Source of the DNA: an uncultured delta proteobacterium
GTDB taxonomy: Bacteria > Desulfobacterota > Desulfobacteria > Desulfobacterales > JAHEIW01
Assembly (NCBI GenBank): GCA_963706575.1
Contig: CAVPNL010000002.1
Span: forward strand, 32,001 to 96,000
DNA: 64,000 bases
Direction of reading: 5' to 3'
Position 1 is the first letter of the stretch. Each line of letters opens with the position of its first letter. Under the pieces are notes generated by a model, which was not told the origin of the DNA, ran no database searches, and saw only the letters and a list, made by a program, of their open reading frames with translations. Positions 63,300-64,000 of this stretch are shown piece after piece. Position numbers and translations under genes: made by a program.

Positions 63300-64000
63300 T
63301 TAACGGTTACGAGGCGGTTTGTTTTTGCCGATAAATTGCAATTTAGTTGAGCCTATCGAAATGATATCTAACTCACTTAGCTTCTGCGGTTTTTTTGATG
63401 CTTTTTTATCATTGATTTTCGGTTTTGCCAAACCGCTTACATAGCTGAAAAAATAACCATCACGGGTCCGGCTAATAGTGGCGGCGGTTTTACCGATATT
63501 CCATCCCGGCACCAATATATCAGATGCTGCATCTTTGCCGATCTTTATGACCTTTTGTTTTAATGCCAGCGTGCCTTCACCCCCGACCAGATAAGTAAGA
63601 TACCCCCGGACTTTCTTCTTTTGTTTATTATTAGCCGGAGCCGCTATCGAAGTGGATTCCGGTTCAGGTTCCGGTGGCGCTGCCGCCGTCGGCTCGGGAT
63701 CGCTTTTCTCCACCATGGATCGATATTCATTTGTATCTATGATCATGGTGTTTTCCATTTCACTCGCCTGCTTGTCAACCGCCAAAGATTCACTCTCAAA
63801 ATAGGCAAAGATTAATGAATGCTTGCCAATGTTAATGACATCGCCATCCTCCAGCCAATGGGAGCTGACACGCTCTTCATTGATAAAAGAGCCATTTTTG
63901 CTCTTCAGGTCGACATAAACAAACCCATCACCGGCCGAATCGAGCTTTCCATGGTAACCGGAAACCGCCAGGTTATCGATGATGACATCATTATCTTTCT
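63300..64000 (-). CDS. Double FHA domain protein (5' end outside window)
   Basis: Frame open to the edge: DNLAVSGYH...DLKSKNGSFIN...GDVINIGK; ENTMIIDT linker; second degenerate FHA. Confidence 0.85.
   Translation of the reverse strand, partial: KDNDVIIDNLAVSGYHGKLDSAGDGFVYVDLKSKNGSFINEERVSSHWLEDGDVINIGKHSLIFAYFESESLAVDKQASEMENTMIIDTNEYRSMVEKSDPEPTAAAPPEPEPESTSIAAPANNKQKKKVRGYLTYLVGGEGTLALKQKVIKIGKDAASDILVPGWNIGKTAATISRTRDGYFFSYVSGLAKPKINDKKASKKPQKLSELDIISIGSTKLQFIGKNKPPRNR

Overview
Core chromosomal segment, probably from a sulfate-reducing Desulfobacterales-type deltaproteobacterium (inferred from gene content, sigma54 promoters and repeat style). It holds about 55 protein genes, including mutS, guaA, efp, larB, queH, yggS, maf, pcm and amrA, plus one tRNA-Leu(TAA). 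Many genes in 1-2000 and 7000-39200 are broken by single-base indels, while 2600-7000 and 39900-64000 are clean. This most likely reflects read/assembly error, so split genes are reported as single CDSs with approximate ends. No CRISPR, rRNA gene, integrase or transposase is present. Intergenic DNA is crowded with non-autonomous elements: a ~147-bp TA-flanked hairpin element with co-varying ends that often supplies stop codons, REP doublets, an IS200/IS605-end-like mini-element, and heptamer/nonamer inverted arrays. Best leads: (1) an unannotated ~75-nt minus-strand RNA at ~48055-48131 with its own promoter and 14/15-nt complementarity to the 16S rRNA 3' end, with no ORF behind it; (2) an intact operon of acyl-CoA ligase, an AibAB-like CoA-transferase fold lacking the catalytic Glu, and a Zn-type MT2 methyltransferase; (3) a membrane LRR-like protein and an adjacent secreted protein sharing a gapless 148-aa domain, next to a pentapeptide-TIR gene. 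Family comparisons are from memory and were not run against databases.
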